Assembly (NCBI RefSeq): GCF_036675845.1
Contig: NZ_JAKFED010000183.1
Span: 15,716-79,715, forward strand
Direction: 5' to 3'
DNA: 64,000 nt
Source: Bosea sp. (in: a-proteobacteria)
GTDB lineage: Bacteria > Pseudomonadota > Alphaproteobacteria > Rhizobiales > Beijerinckiaceae
Within the stretch, counting starts at the first letter, position 1. Every line of letters starts with the position of its first letter. This document shows, piece by piece, positions 8,875 to 17,671 of the stretch. The notes under the pieces were generated by a model. That model worked only from the letters and a program-made list of their open reading frames with translations, was not told the origin of the DNA and did no database searches. A program made the position numbers and the translations under genes.

Positions 8875-9659
8875 GGGGCGGTTTCCTGTCGTTCGAGCGG
8901 ATGCCAGGGCAGCACGAATTCCTCGCCGTCGCGGCTGCCGCGCGCGACGGTGACGCCGAAGGCCTGGGCGAGGTGATCGTCGCCCAGCACGCGTTCCGGG
9001 GGGCCGTCGACAAGGATGCGGCCCTGGTCGAGCAGGACCAGCCGATCGCAGAAGCGTCCCGCAAGCGTCAGGTCGTGCAGCACGACCACCACCCCGGTGC
9101 CGGCTGCGGCGGCCTGGCGAAGCAGCAGCATCGCCTCGAGCTGGTGGCGCGGGTCGAGCCCGGCGAGCGGCTCGTCGGCAAGCAGGATCTCCGCCGCCAC
9201 CGCCAGGGCCCGGGCCAGGAGCACGCGCATGCGCTCGCCGCCGGAGAGCGTGTCGAGCGTGCGGTCGGCGAAGGCCGAGATATCGGCGGCCGCCATGGCC
9301 CGTGCGGTCGCGGCATGGTCGGCTGCGGTCATCCCGGCGAAGGGCCGGCGATGCGGCAGGCGGCCGAGCGCGACCACGGCCTGCGCCCGCATCTGCCAAT
9401 GCACGGCCCCGCCCTGTGCGAGGAAGGCGAGCCGACGCGCCAGCCCCTTCTGGCCGACGACCCGCGCCGGTTCGCCGTCATAGAGAACGCTGCCTTCATG
9501 CGGGAGCATGTCGGCGAGGATGCGCAGCAGGGTGGTCTTGCCGGCACCGTTCGGGCCGATCAGCCCGACGAGTTCGCCGGGCTGCAGGACGAGGTCGACG
9601 CCACGCAGAACCGGCTTGCCGCCGAGCGCGACGGCGATGTCCTTGGCTTCGATGCGCAT
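8871..9659 (-). CDS. Cobalamin/iron-siderophore ABC transporter ATP-binding protein (BtuD/FepC-like)
   Basis: Walker A GPNGAGKT, signature LSGGERMR, Walker B ILLADEP and H-loop VLHDL. Confidence 0.93.
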   Translation of the reverse strand: MRIEAKDIAVALGGKPVLRGVDLVLQPGELVGLIGPNGAGKTTLLRILADMLPHEGSVLYDGEPARVVGQKGLARRLAFLAQGGAVHWQMRAQAVVALGRLPHRRPFAGMTAADHAATARAMAAADISAFADRTLDTLSGGERMRVLLARALAVAAEILLADEPLAGLDPRHQLEAMLLLRQAAAAGTGVVVVLHDLTLAGRFCDRLVLLDQGRILVDGPPERVLGDDHLAQAFGVTVARGSRDGEEFVLPWHPLERQETAP

Positions 9660-10075
9660 CAGGCCCCCCGCCGCAAGCGATGGATCAGCCCGAAGAGAAA
9701 GGGCGCGCCGACGAGAGCCGTGACCACGCTGAGCTTCAGCTCCGGGCGGATCGGCAGCAGGCGAAGCGCCGTGTCGGCGGCGAGCAGCAATATGGCGCCG
9801 CCGAAGCCGCTGAGCAGCAACAGACGTCCGGGCCGATGCCCGACGAGCGGGCGCAGCAGATGTGGCACGACGAGGCCGACGAAGCCGATCGCGCCCGTGA
9901 CCGCGACCGCGCTGCCGACGCTGAGCGCAGCCCCGCCGATCAGCCGGTCGAGCTCGACGGTCTCAGCCTGCGCCTGGGCATGGGCTGCTTGAGACAGCAC
10001 GATGCCGGCGGCAGCGAGAGAACAGCGAAAAACGGAGGAAGGACCGCATTTGGCGGCCTTGGGGAAGCGGATCAC
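9659..10075 (-). pseudogene. Chimeric ORF: TonB-receptor-like signal peptide fused to the C-terminal ~95 aa of a FecCD/BtuC permease
   Basis: N-terminus ...AAAGIVLSQAAHAQAQAETVELD is followed directly by LIGGAALSVGSAVAVTGAIGFVGLVVPHLLR...VTALVGAPF, the end of a FecCD permease (normally >300 aa). Confidence 0.75.
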
Positions 10076-10206
10076 GATGAGACCTCGGGCGTTGACGTCT
10101 GTGGCACGTCACCGCGAACGCGATCTCCCGTTCGCCCCGGTCAGGGGGCGGACAGTCGAGCAGCGATCGAAACACCCCGTCCGAACGTGTTCGCGTGTGA
10201 CCACGA

Positions 10207-10388
10207 CTGACGGCAGGTCTCCTGGCTCGCGGGTCGCTGCCTTGTCACCGCCTTCCCAGGGCCGAGGTCCCAGTGGCGTGTGGCGATAAGGCTCGCCGCT
10301 TACAGTTGCGGGGGCAGCCGCAGCATAGAATGGCGAACCATCCGCACTGCGTTCCCTTTTGATCCCGTGAGGGAACCGTCGCGATTAC
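10207..10388 (-). ncRNA. Cobalamin (AdoCbl) riboswitch
   Basis: Minus strand shows GGTTCCC..AAAAGGGAA.GCAGTGCG..CTGCGGCTGCCCCCGCAACTGTAAGCGG..GCCACTGGG..CTGGGAAGG..GCGAGCCAGGAGACCTGCC, the canonical B12-box elements. Confidence 0.96.
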
Positions 10389-10614
10389 GAGTAGGGCGGA
10401 AAAGTGGCGGGGTCAAATTCCCGCATGACGCCTTTTTCCTCCGGGCGCGGTCCAGCCTACGATATCGGGAGGTTCCCTTAAGCCGCCGTGGCTGTGCCTT
10501 GGATCATTTCACCGCTCGTCACACCGTTACAAAACAGTCCATAACTCCTGCCGGTGAGCTTGCCTGGGCACATTAGAGAACGCGTGATCCGAGCAGCGAG
10601 TTGGGAGATCGATC

Positions 10615-10809
10615 ATGGATGAAGACCGTTTCAACATGGCTGTCCGGAAGTTCCTGAAGGAGGTCGGCGTGACCTCGCAACGAGAGATCGAGCGCATTGC
10701 CCGGGAAGGCGCGCTTCAAGGGCGCACCGTGCGCCTTCGCATGACGCTCACCTCGGAAGATGCGCCCTCGCTTCAGCATGTCGTCGAGACAACCATCGAC
10801 CTCCGCTGA
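10615..10809 (+). CDS. Small conserved protein (DUF6494-like, from memory)
   Basis: 64 aa, MDEDRFNMAVRKFLKEVGVTSQREIE; GGGAG RBS. Confidence 0.75.
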   Translation: MDEDRFNMAVRKFLKEVGVTSQREIERIAREGALQGRTVRLRMTLTSEDAPSLQHVVETTIDLR

Positions 10810-11080
10810 TTCTTATCGACGTCGGTGGGACGCCGACGCGAAGCTCGTGGACCCTGTGCGCCCTCGGTCAGCCGGTCGCCGCCGGGCGATGCACGCATGA
10901 ACCTGTAAGACTTTCACGGAGAGCCGCAGGCTGGCTCCGCTGTGCCGCGTGCGGCATGGCTCGCCTTCGTCGATTCTGTCCGGACGCGTGCCGCAGCGCC
11001 CCGAGTTCGGACTCCCCTCGCGCCCATTTTGCGCGCCCATTTTTCGGCGCAATGCCGCCCGCCGCAGCGGGCCGGGCGGC

Positions 11081-11096
11081 TTCACCCTTTGTTAAC
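11081..11096 (+). promoter_or_regulatory. CtrA-like box (one mismatch)
   Basis: TTCA-ccctttg-TTAAC versus the consensus TTAA-N7-TTAAC; 61 nt upstream of the HTH gene. Confidence 0.45.
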
Positions 11097-11157
11097 CCTA
11101 TCGCCGTCTGCTGGGGGCATCCATCCGGGGGCTGGGCAGCCAAGGAAGGACCGAGCC

Positions 11158-11382
11158 ATGAGCGATGCCGGGACGGAACAGACGGCCGTTGATGACCTCG
11201 TCGGCCTGCCCGTCGCAGAGGTAGAGCGCAACCTCATCCTCGCCACACTGCGCGAAACCCGCGGCAACCGCACGCATGCCGCCCATATCCTCGGCGTCTC
11301 GATCAGAACGCTGAGGAACAGGATTGCGGCCTATGCCGCAGACGGGCACGACGTGCCCGAACCAAGCACTGCCGTTCATTGA
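11158..11382 (+). CDS. Stand-alone Fis-type HTH (HTH_8) protein resembling the FlbD/NtrC C-terminal domain
   Basis: 74 aa, LVGLPVAEVERNLILATLRETRGNRTHAAHILGVSIRTLRNRI; AAGGAAGGA RBS. Confidence 0.85.
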   Translation: MSDAGTEQTAVDDLVGLPVAEVERNLILATLRETRGNRTHAAHILGVSIRTLRNRIAAYAADGHDVPEPSTAVH

Positions 11383-11408
11383 GGCAGTGTCCATTCAAGG
11401 AGAACCAG

Positions 11409-11701
11409 ATGAATCGACGCTCGTTTCTCGCGGCCTGTTCGGCGGCATAGCGGCCACCGCTGCAGCGGCGACTGTGGGCACCGACGCCGCAAAGGCCGCT
11501 GCGCTTCCGGCCGAAACCTCGGCCGCGCTCGACGACGCACCGACGGAATTCCCGCAATACCGCCGGCGCCATCGCCGCTATCGTCGCTGGTAGCCGCATG
11601 ACCCGGCCCGCCTGGACATCCCCCGGCGGGCCGGGACCGGGCCAAGGCTCGGCCCCAAACGAGCGCGATCAGCGTCCGCTGGACGATGGTCATGTCGATG
11701 A
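11409..11701 (+). pseudogene. Degraded Tat-signal, Arg-rich small protein
   Basis: AAGGAG RBS, then MNRRSFL, then a 1-nt frameshift into GLFGGIAATAAAATVGTDAAKAAALP...QYRRRHRRYRRW, an in-frame TAG at 11591 and a further 35 Arg-rich codons. Confidence 0.55.
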
Positions 11702-11797
11702 TGACGCTCCGGACATGAGCGTCCCGGAGGCAGGTGCCTAGCCGACCGGCAGCAGCACCTGCCTGTTTTACTGATCTGGAAGCTCGCGGGGGCCGGA

Positions 11798-12154
11798 CTA
11801 TCGCCGTCTCCGGCAGAGATCGGCTTCAGCCCGGGTCGCCGGGCGGACGATGCTGCGGGCGACGACCTTCGTTGCCGGGCCTTGCTCGACCGTTCCGGCG
11901 AGCACCATGGTGCCGTAGTAGAGCCCGTCGCTCTCGACCAATCGCTGGCGTTCGGCACTGGTCAGGCCTGCAAGATCGGGCCCGGTCCTCGCCAGGCGCC
12001 GGCCGGATGGCAGCAGCACCACATCCTGCGCCGGGCATGGCGGGCGAAAGCAGCGAAGCCCGTTGTCGCAGGTCACGAAGCTGACTTCCGCAGCGCCTGC
12101 AACCGTGGCCGCGCTCGCCAGGAACAGGCTGGCGAGCAGCCGGATGCCGATCAT
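11798..12154 (-). CDS. Hypothetical secreted protein with a CDNGLRCFRPPCP motif
   Basis: 118 aa; signal peptide ending AGA; GGGAGAAG RBS; four Cys. Confidence 0.7.
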   Translation of the reverse strand: MIGIRLLASLFLASAATVAGAAEVSFVTCDNGLRCFRPPCPAQDVVLLPSGRRLARTGPDLAGLTSAERQRLVESDGLYYGTMVLAGTVEQGPATKVVARSIVRPATRAEADLCRRRR

Positions 12155-12248
12155 GGAGCTTCTCCCTCCCGGCCCTTCTTCCCGCCCCTTCGCATTGATC
12201 CTGCTCTAATACCCCCAAGGATAGCCCGCGGCCGGGAAGGCAAAAGCC

Positions 12249-12569
12249 TCACGGCGCGGTTCTCCGCCTGGCGCGCCAGGCACGAAAACGATTGAGCAGG
12301 CGCACGCTCTCCATGGCGAAGCGTGCCATCGGCTTGCGCAGGAAGGGGATGTCGGCGGCGATCAGCATCAGGCCCAAAGGCAGCATCCAGATGCCGAGGA
12401 AGGGCAGGATCGAGAAGACGCCGCCGAGCATCAGCAGCAGCGCCACCGGAATACGGACCAGACGCGACGATGGATGCCTGAGCCAGCGGCTCGTCGCGGC
12501 GAGCCCGGCGGGCAATTCCCGCTCCAGGTGCTTGAAAGCCAGTCGAAGAGCCTGTTTTCCGTCGGTCAT
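12249..12569 (-). CDS. Small membrane protein (PGPGW-like family)
   Basis: 106 aa with hydrophobic hairpin GGVFSILPFLGIWMLPLGLMLIAAD. Confidence 0.75.
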   Translation of the reverse strand: MTDGKQALRLAFKHLERELPAGLAATSRWLRHPSSRLVRIPVALLLMLGGVFSILPFLGIWMLPLGLMLIAADIPFLRKPMARFAMESVRLLNRFRAWRARRRTAP

Positions 12570-12650
12570 CCGTCTCTATCTCGGTCGAGGCGCGGCAGGG
12601 CCGGATTCATCTGCCTGCCAATCATGTCGTTTTCTGTGCATGCGAGACTT

Positions 12651-15600
12651 TCAGTGGAAATCCCGCGATTTCGGCAGGATCCGGACATTGCGCGGATGAC
12701 CGGCGCGCGGATGCTGCGGATGCAGGAACTCGTCGGCGCGGGTGAGTGCGATCTCGGCGCGATGCGTATCGGAGAGGCTGAGCAGCTCGGCCGAGCGGTC
12801 GACGACGCGCTGCGCCATCAGGTGCACCACGCCTTCCGGGCTCTTCTGCACCTTCCCTTCCACCAGCAGCAGCCGCGCCGCCATGACCTCGCGGCGGAAG
12901 CGCTCGAAGTCGCGGGCCCAGAGCACGATATTGGCGATGCCGGTCTCGTCCTCGAGGGTGATGAAGACGGCATTGCCGTTGCCGGGGCGCTGGCGCACCA
13001 GCACGACGCCGGCGACGCTCGCCCGGGCGCCGTCGCGCCCGGCGGCGATCTCGGCGCAGGTCGCGACGCGCTCGCTGGCGAAGCGCCGGCGCAGCAGACC
13101 CATCGGATGGCCCTTCAGCGAGAGCCGCGCCGTCTGGTAATCGGCGACGATGTGCTCGGCCAGCGGCATCGCCGGCAGGGCAACCGCCGGCTCCGCGCCG
13201 AGCTCGCGGGCCTGCGCCGCCTCGAACAGCGGCAGGGCCTCGTCATCGGGCAGGCGGCGCACGGCCCAGAGCGCCTCGCGCCGGTCGAGCCCGAGCGAAC
13301 GGAAGGCGTCGGCATCGGCGAGCAGGCGCATGGCCCGCGCCGGCAGGCGCGCCCGGCGGGCGAGGCTTTCGACATCGCCATAGCCTTCACTGCGGGCCGC
13401 GACGAGGCGCATCGCCCATTCTTCCGTGAAGCCGTCGAGCTGGCGCAAGCCGAGGCGGAGCGCATGCGGGCTTCGCCTGCCTCCTTCAGCCCTCATCTTG
13501 AGGAGCGCCAAGGGCGCGTCTCGAAGGATGGCTCCAGTGCACTCTGGAACATCCTTCGAGACGCCGCTGCGCGGCTCCTCAGGATGAGGGCTGAGACCAT
13601 CGGCAACAGGCTCCAGCAGATTGTCCCAGGCGCTGAAATTGACGTCGATCGGGCGCGGCTCGACGCCGCCGTTCTCCTGCGCCTCGCGCACGATCTGGGC
13701 CGGGGCGTAGAAGCCCATGGGCTGAGAGTTCAAGAGCGCCGCGGCGAAGATCGCGGGGTGATGGCATTTCAGCCAGGAGGAGACATAGACCAGCTTGGCG
13801 AAGGAGGCGGCGTGGCTTTCGGGGAAGCCGTAGCTGCCGAAGCCCTTGATCTGCTCGAAGCAGCGCTGGGCGAAGGCGGGTTCATAACCGCGCGCCACCA
13901 TGCGCCCGACCATCATCTGCTCGAAATTGCCGATGGTGCCGACATTGCGGAAGGTCGCCATGGCGCGGCGCAGGCCATTGGCTTCCGGGTCAGTAAACTT
14001 CGCCGCCACCATGGCGAGCGTCATCGCCTGCTCCTGGAAGAGCGGCACCCCCAGCGTGCGGTTCAGGACATGAAATAGCTCGTCTTGAGGATGCTGCGGG
14101 GCGGGCGAGGGATAGCTGACCTTCTCGATGCCGGAGCGCCGCCTGAGATAGGGATGCACCATATCGCCCTGGATCGGGCCGGGGCGGACGATCGCGACCT
14201 GGATGACGAGATCGTAGAACTCCCTCGGCTTCAGCCTCGGCAGCATGTTCATCTGCGCCCGGCTCTCGACCTGGAAGACGCCGAGCGACTCGCCCCGGCA
14301 GAGCATGTCGTAGGTCGGCTTGTCGTCCTGCGGGACGTCGGCGAGACCCAGCTCGACGCCGTGATGCAGCTTCAGCATCTCGAAGGCCTTGCGGATGCAG
14401 GTCAGCATGCCGAGCGCCAGCACATCGACCTTCATCAGGCGCAGCGCGTCGATGTCGTCCTTGTCCCATTCGATGAAAGTGCGCTCCGCCATCGCGGCAT
14501 TGCCGATCGGCACCGTCTCGTCGAGCCGGCCGCGCATCAGCACGAAGCCGCCGACATGCTGCGAGAGATGGCGCGGAAAACCGAGCAGGCGCACGGCGAA
14601 GCCGACAGCCTGGGCGATCACCGGATTGTCGGGGTCGAGCCCGGCCTGGCGGATCTGGTTGCGGGTGATGTCGCTGCCCCAGCTGCCCCATTGCGTCGAG
14701 GCGAGCCGGGCGGTGACGTCCTCGGTCAGGCCGAGCGCCTTGCCGACCTCGCGGATGGCGCTGCGCGGGCGGTAGCGGATCACGGTCGCGGCGATGCCGG
14801 CGCGCTCGCGGCCATAGCGCCTGTAGATCCACTGGATCACCTCCTCGCGCCGCTCATGCTCGAAATCGACATCGATATCGGGCGGCTCGCGACGCTCCTC
14901 GGAGATGAAGCGAGCGAAGAGGAGCTGGTGCTCGGCCGGGTCGACCGCGGTGATGCCGAGCGCATAGCAGACCGCCGAATTGGCGGCCGAGCCGCGGCCC
15001 TGGCAGAGGATGCCGCGGCTCTCGGCGAACTCGACGATCTGCCTGATGGTCAGGAAATAGCGGGCGTAGTCGAGCTTCGCGATCAGGGCGAGCTCGTCGT
15101 CGACCTGCCTCTGGACCTTGTCCGGAATGCCCTGCGGATAGCGCATCGGCAGGCGCCGGCACACCAGTTCCTCCAGCCAGCCCTGCGGCGCCCAGCCGGG
15201 CGGGACCGGCTCGTCGGGATATTCATAGCTGAGCTCGCCGAGATCGAACGCGATGCGGCCGAGGAGATGCTGCGTCTCTTCCAGCACCTCCGGCGCCTCG
15301 CGGAACAGGCGGGCCATCTCCCGAGAAGTCTTGAGATGCCGCTCCGCATTGGCGGTGAGCAGGCGCCCGGCCCGGTCGATGCTCGTGCCCTCGCGAATGC
15401 AGGTCAGCACGTCCTGCAGGTCGCGCTGCTCGGGCGCGTCGTAGAGCACGTCGTTGGTCGCGATCAGCGGCGTGCGGGTCGCAGCGGCAAGCGCCTTCAG
15501 CCGGGCGAGCCGGCGGCGATCGTCGCCCCTGCGATGCATCGAGGCGGCGAGCCAGACCGCGCCGGGGGCCGCCGCGTCGAGCCGGGACAGCAGCGCCGGC

Positions 15601-16127
15601 AGACCTTCCAGCGCCCTCTCGGGCATGACGATCAACAGCAGGTCGCGCGCATCGTTCAGGAGATCGTCGAGATGGAGGATGCATTCCCCCTTCGCCCCCC
15701 GCAGATTGCCCGTCGTCAGCAGGCGGCAGAGCCGGCCCCAGCCGGCGCGGTTGACCGGGTAGACGACGATGTCGGGCGCGCCTTCGGAAAAGACCAGCCG
15801 GCTGCCGACCACCAGCCTGAAGGCCTTCGCCATGGCCTGCAGCCGGTCGGCGGTGAAAGGCAGTCCGGCAAAGGCGGGATTCTCGACCCAGACATATTCG
15901 CCGGGGCTGCCACCTTCGCGCAGCTTCTCAGCCGGAGGCAGGCCGTCCTCGCGCAGATCGCGCAAGGCGCTCCAGGCGCGCACGACGCCCGCCACCGTGT
16001 TGCGGTCGGCGATGCCAAGGCCGGAATGGCCGAGCAGCAGCGAGGTCATCACGAGATTGGGCCCGGGCGAGGCGCCGCGCAGGAAGGAGAAATTCGTGGC
16101 GGCGACGGGCTCGGCGTAAGGGCTCAT
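12651..16127 (-). CDS. dnaE2: Error-prone DNA polymerase DnaE2 (ImuC)
   Basis: Start MSPYAEPVAATNFSFLRGAS overlaps the imuB stop (ATGA). Motifs GRGSAANSAVCY, catalytic PPDIDVDFEH, GFGSYGFPESHAASF and C-terminal KSRDFH. Confidence 0.97.
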   Translation of the reverse strand: MSPYAEPVAATNFSFLRGASPGPNLVMTSLLLGHSGLGIADRNTVAGVVRAWSALRDLREDGLPPAEKLREGGSPGEYVWVENPAFAGLPFTADRLQAMAKAFRLVVGSRLVFSEGAPDIVVYPVNRAGWGRLCRLLTTGNLRGAKGECILHLDDLLNDARDLLLIVMPERALEGLPALLSRLDAAAPGAVWLAASMHRRGDDRRRLARLKALAAATRTPLIATNDVLYDAPEQRDLQDVLTCIREGTSIDRAGRLLTANAERHLKTSREMARLFREAPEVLEETQHLLGRIAFDLGELSYEYPDEPVPPGWAPQGWLEELVCRRLPMRYPQGIPDKVQRQVDDELALIAKLDYARYFLTIRQIVEFAESRGILCQGRGSAANSAVCYALGITAVDPAEHQLLFARFISEERREPPDIDVDFEHERREEVIQWIYRRYGRERAGIAATVIRYRPRSAIREVGKALGLTEDVTARLASTQWGSWGSDITRNQIRQAGLDPDNPVIAQAVGFAVRLLGFPRHLSQHVGGFVLMRGRLDETVPIGNAAMAERTFIEWDKDDIDALRLMKVDVLALGMLTCIRKAFEMLKLHHGVELGLADVPQDDKPTYDMLCRGESLGVFQVESRAQMNMLPRLKPREFYDLVIQVAIVRPGPIQGDMVHPYLRRRSGIEKVSYPSPAPQHPQDELFHVLNRTLGVPLFQEQAMTLAMVAAKFTDPEANGLRRAMATFRNVGTIGNFEQMMVGRMVARGYEPAFAQRCFEQIKGFGSYGFPESHAASFAKLVYVSSWLKCHHPAIFAAALLNSQPMGFYAPAQIVREAQENGGVEPRPIDVNFSAWDNLLEPVADGLSPHPEEPRSGVSKDVPECTGAILRDAPLALLKMRAEGGRRSPHALRLGLRQLDGFTEEWAMRLVAARSEGYGDVESLARRARLPARAMRLLADADAFRSLGLDRREALWAVRRLPDDEALPLFEAAQARELGAEPAVALPAMPLAEHIVADYQTARLSLKGHPMGLLRRRFASERVATCAEIAAGRDGARASVAGVVLVRQRPGNGNAVFITLEDETGIANIVLWARDFERFRREVMAARLLLVEGKVQKSPEGVVHLMAQRVVDRSAELLSLSDTHRAEIALTRADEFLHPQHPRAGHPRNVRILPKSRDFH
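13486..13594. repeat. 109-bp palindromic repeat inside dnaE2, translated in frame
   Basis: Outer arms 13486-13506 and 13574-13594 (21 bp, 1 mismatch); inner arms 13516-13530 and 13550-13564 (15 bp, perfect). Confidence 0.9.
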
Positions 16128-17671
16128 GCGAACAATCCATGCAGGAACCAGCGCGGCTCGGCGCTCTCGCGCTCGTAGAGCCCGGCGCGGAACAGCCAGA
16201 AGCGGCGGCCCTGTGCGTCCTCGACGCGGTAGTAGTCGCGCGTCGGCTCGTCGGGCCCATCGCGCCACCATTCCGGCGCGATCCGCTCCGGCCCCTCGGC
16301 CCGGGCGATCTCGTGCAGCACGCGGCGCCAACGGAAGCGCAAGGGCGGGCCGTCCGGCACCTCTGCCAGCGTCTCGACCGGCTGCGGCGGCTCGAAGAGC
16401 TGGAGCGGGCGCGACGGCGGCTCGCCCGGCTCGGGTTTCGGCCAAGGCGGAGCCGCAACCGGCGCGCCAGCGGCCGGGATCGCATGCGCCTCCCGCTCCG
16501 GATGGTGGGAATCGCGGGCGACGAAGCGCAGCACCCGGTCGCGGCCGAAGCGGGCGACCAGCCGGTCGACCAGATCGGCCACCGCCTCGTCGGCGACGGC
16601 GCGCCCGTCGAGGCTGGTCTGGTGGGTCGCGAGCGCCTCGCAGACCGGCACGGCGAGCCGGACCGCGTCGAAGCCGAAGCCGGGGTCGAGCGGGTCCGAC
16701 AAGGTGTCGATGCGCTCGCGATAAAGCCGCAGGATCGCCGCCGTATCGCGCGAGGGCCGGCCGGTTTCGAGGGAAAGCCGCCGGACCGCCCCGTCGCTGC
16801 GGAAGAAACTGATCTCGAAAGCGCGCCCGCCCTCGCCGCGCTGTTCCAGGATGCGGGCGGCCTCGTCGAGCAGGCGCAGCACGATCGCCTCCAGCCCGTC
16901 GGTATCCTGCAGCGGCTCGGGAAAATGCCGCTCGACCATGCAGTCGGGCGGCAGCCGCAACGGCGTGATGCGGGCATCCTCGCAGCCAAGGATGCGCCGG
17001 AGCCGCTGGGCGAGGGCTTCGCCGAAACGCGCCGACAGCGTGCCGGAAGGGCGGGCGGCGAGATCGCCGAGCGTCTTCAGCCCGGCTCGCGACAGAGCGA
17101 GCACCGTCTCGGGCTGCACCTCCAGTGCCGCCACCGGCAGAGGCTGCGTCCGCTCCGCATCGCCGCCCAGCGGGGAGATGGCGCAATCGCCGAAGCGGGC
17201 CAGTGCGCGGGCCGCCTCGGGCGTACCGGCGATGCTGGCGCGAAGCTGGAGGCCGAGCCGGCGCAGCCGGATGCCGATCTCCTGGCGCAGCGCCGCCTCG
17301 CCGCCGAAGAGATGGGCGCAGCCGCTGATGTCGAGCACCAGCCCATGCGGCGGATCGAGCGCGACCAGCGGGGTGAAACGGTCGCAGAGCCCGGCGAGAC
17401 GCTCGATGAAGCGCGCATCGGCGGCAGGATCGGCCTCGGCGATAGCGAGGTCCGGGATGCGGGCACGGGCGTCGGCCAGCGTCAGGCCGCGGGTCAGGCC
17501 GAGCGCCACGGCGCGCCGGTCGCAATCGGCGAGCCGGAGCGCGCCGTGCTCCTTCTCGACCAGGACGAGCGGCCGCTCACCCGGCCCGGCGCCAGCCGAT
17601 AGCGCCTGCAGCCTGTGCAGCCGGTCGGTCGCCAGAAAGGGGAACCAGAGGGCGAGATAGCGGCGCTGCAT
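16124..17671 (-). CDS. imuB: Y-family polymerase-like accessory protein ImuB
   Basis: RYLALWFPFLATDRL, GLTLADARA, LVLDISGCAHLFGGE and GPERIAPEWW...RDYYRVED motifs. Confidence 0.95.
   Translation of the reverse strand: MQRRYLALWFPFLATDRLHRLQALSAGAGPGERPLVLVEKEHGALRLADCDRRAVALGLTRGLTLADARARIPDLAIAEADPAADARFIERLAGLCDRFTPLVALDPPHGLVLDISGCAHLFGGEAALRQEIGIRLRRLGLQLRASIAGTPEAARALARFGDCAISPLGGDAERTQPLPVAALEVQPETVLALSRAGLKTLGDLAARPSGTLSARFGEALAQRLRRILGCEDARITPLRLPPDCMVERHFPEPLQDTDGLEAIVLRLLDEAARILEQRGEGGRAFEISFFRSDGAVRRLSLETGRPSRDTAAILRLYRERIDTLSDPLDPGFGFDAVRLAVPVCEALATHQTSLDGRAVADEAVADLVDRLVARFGRDRVLRFVARDSHHPEREAHAIPAAGAPVAAPPWPKPEPGEPPSRPLQLFEPPQPVETLAEVPDGPPLRFRWRRVLHEIARAEGPERIAPEWWRDGPDEPTRDYYRVEDAQGRRFWLFRAGLYERESAEPRWFLHGLFA

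Noticed and set aside
7873-9399. 508-aa ORF as a fusion protein
   Set aside because: The N-terminal 175 aa are an off-frame reading of the ABC ATPase; the real gene starts at 8874.
10810-11080. Possible sRNA or short ORFs between the DUF6494-like and HTH genes
   Set aside because: Only weak hairpins and low-complexity ORFs; no recognisable RNA family.
16128-17525. Apparent 1624-aa DnaE2 with a 466-aa N-terminal extension
   Set aside because: The extension is an alternative frame of imuB with Arg/Pro/Ala-rich composition. The real start (MSPYAE.., 16127) overlaps the imuB stop.
17577-17671. 95-bp imuA/imuB overlap as programmed frameshifting
   Set aside because: Both genes have plausible independent starts and no slippery site is evident; overlap in this cassette is unremarkable.
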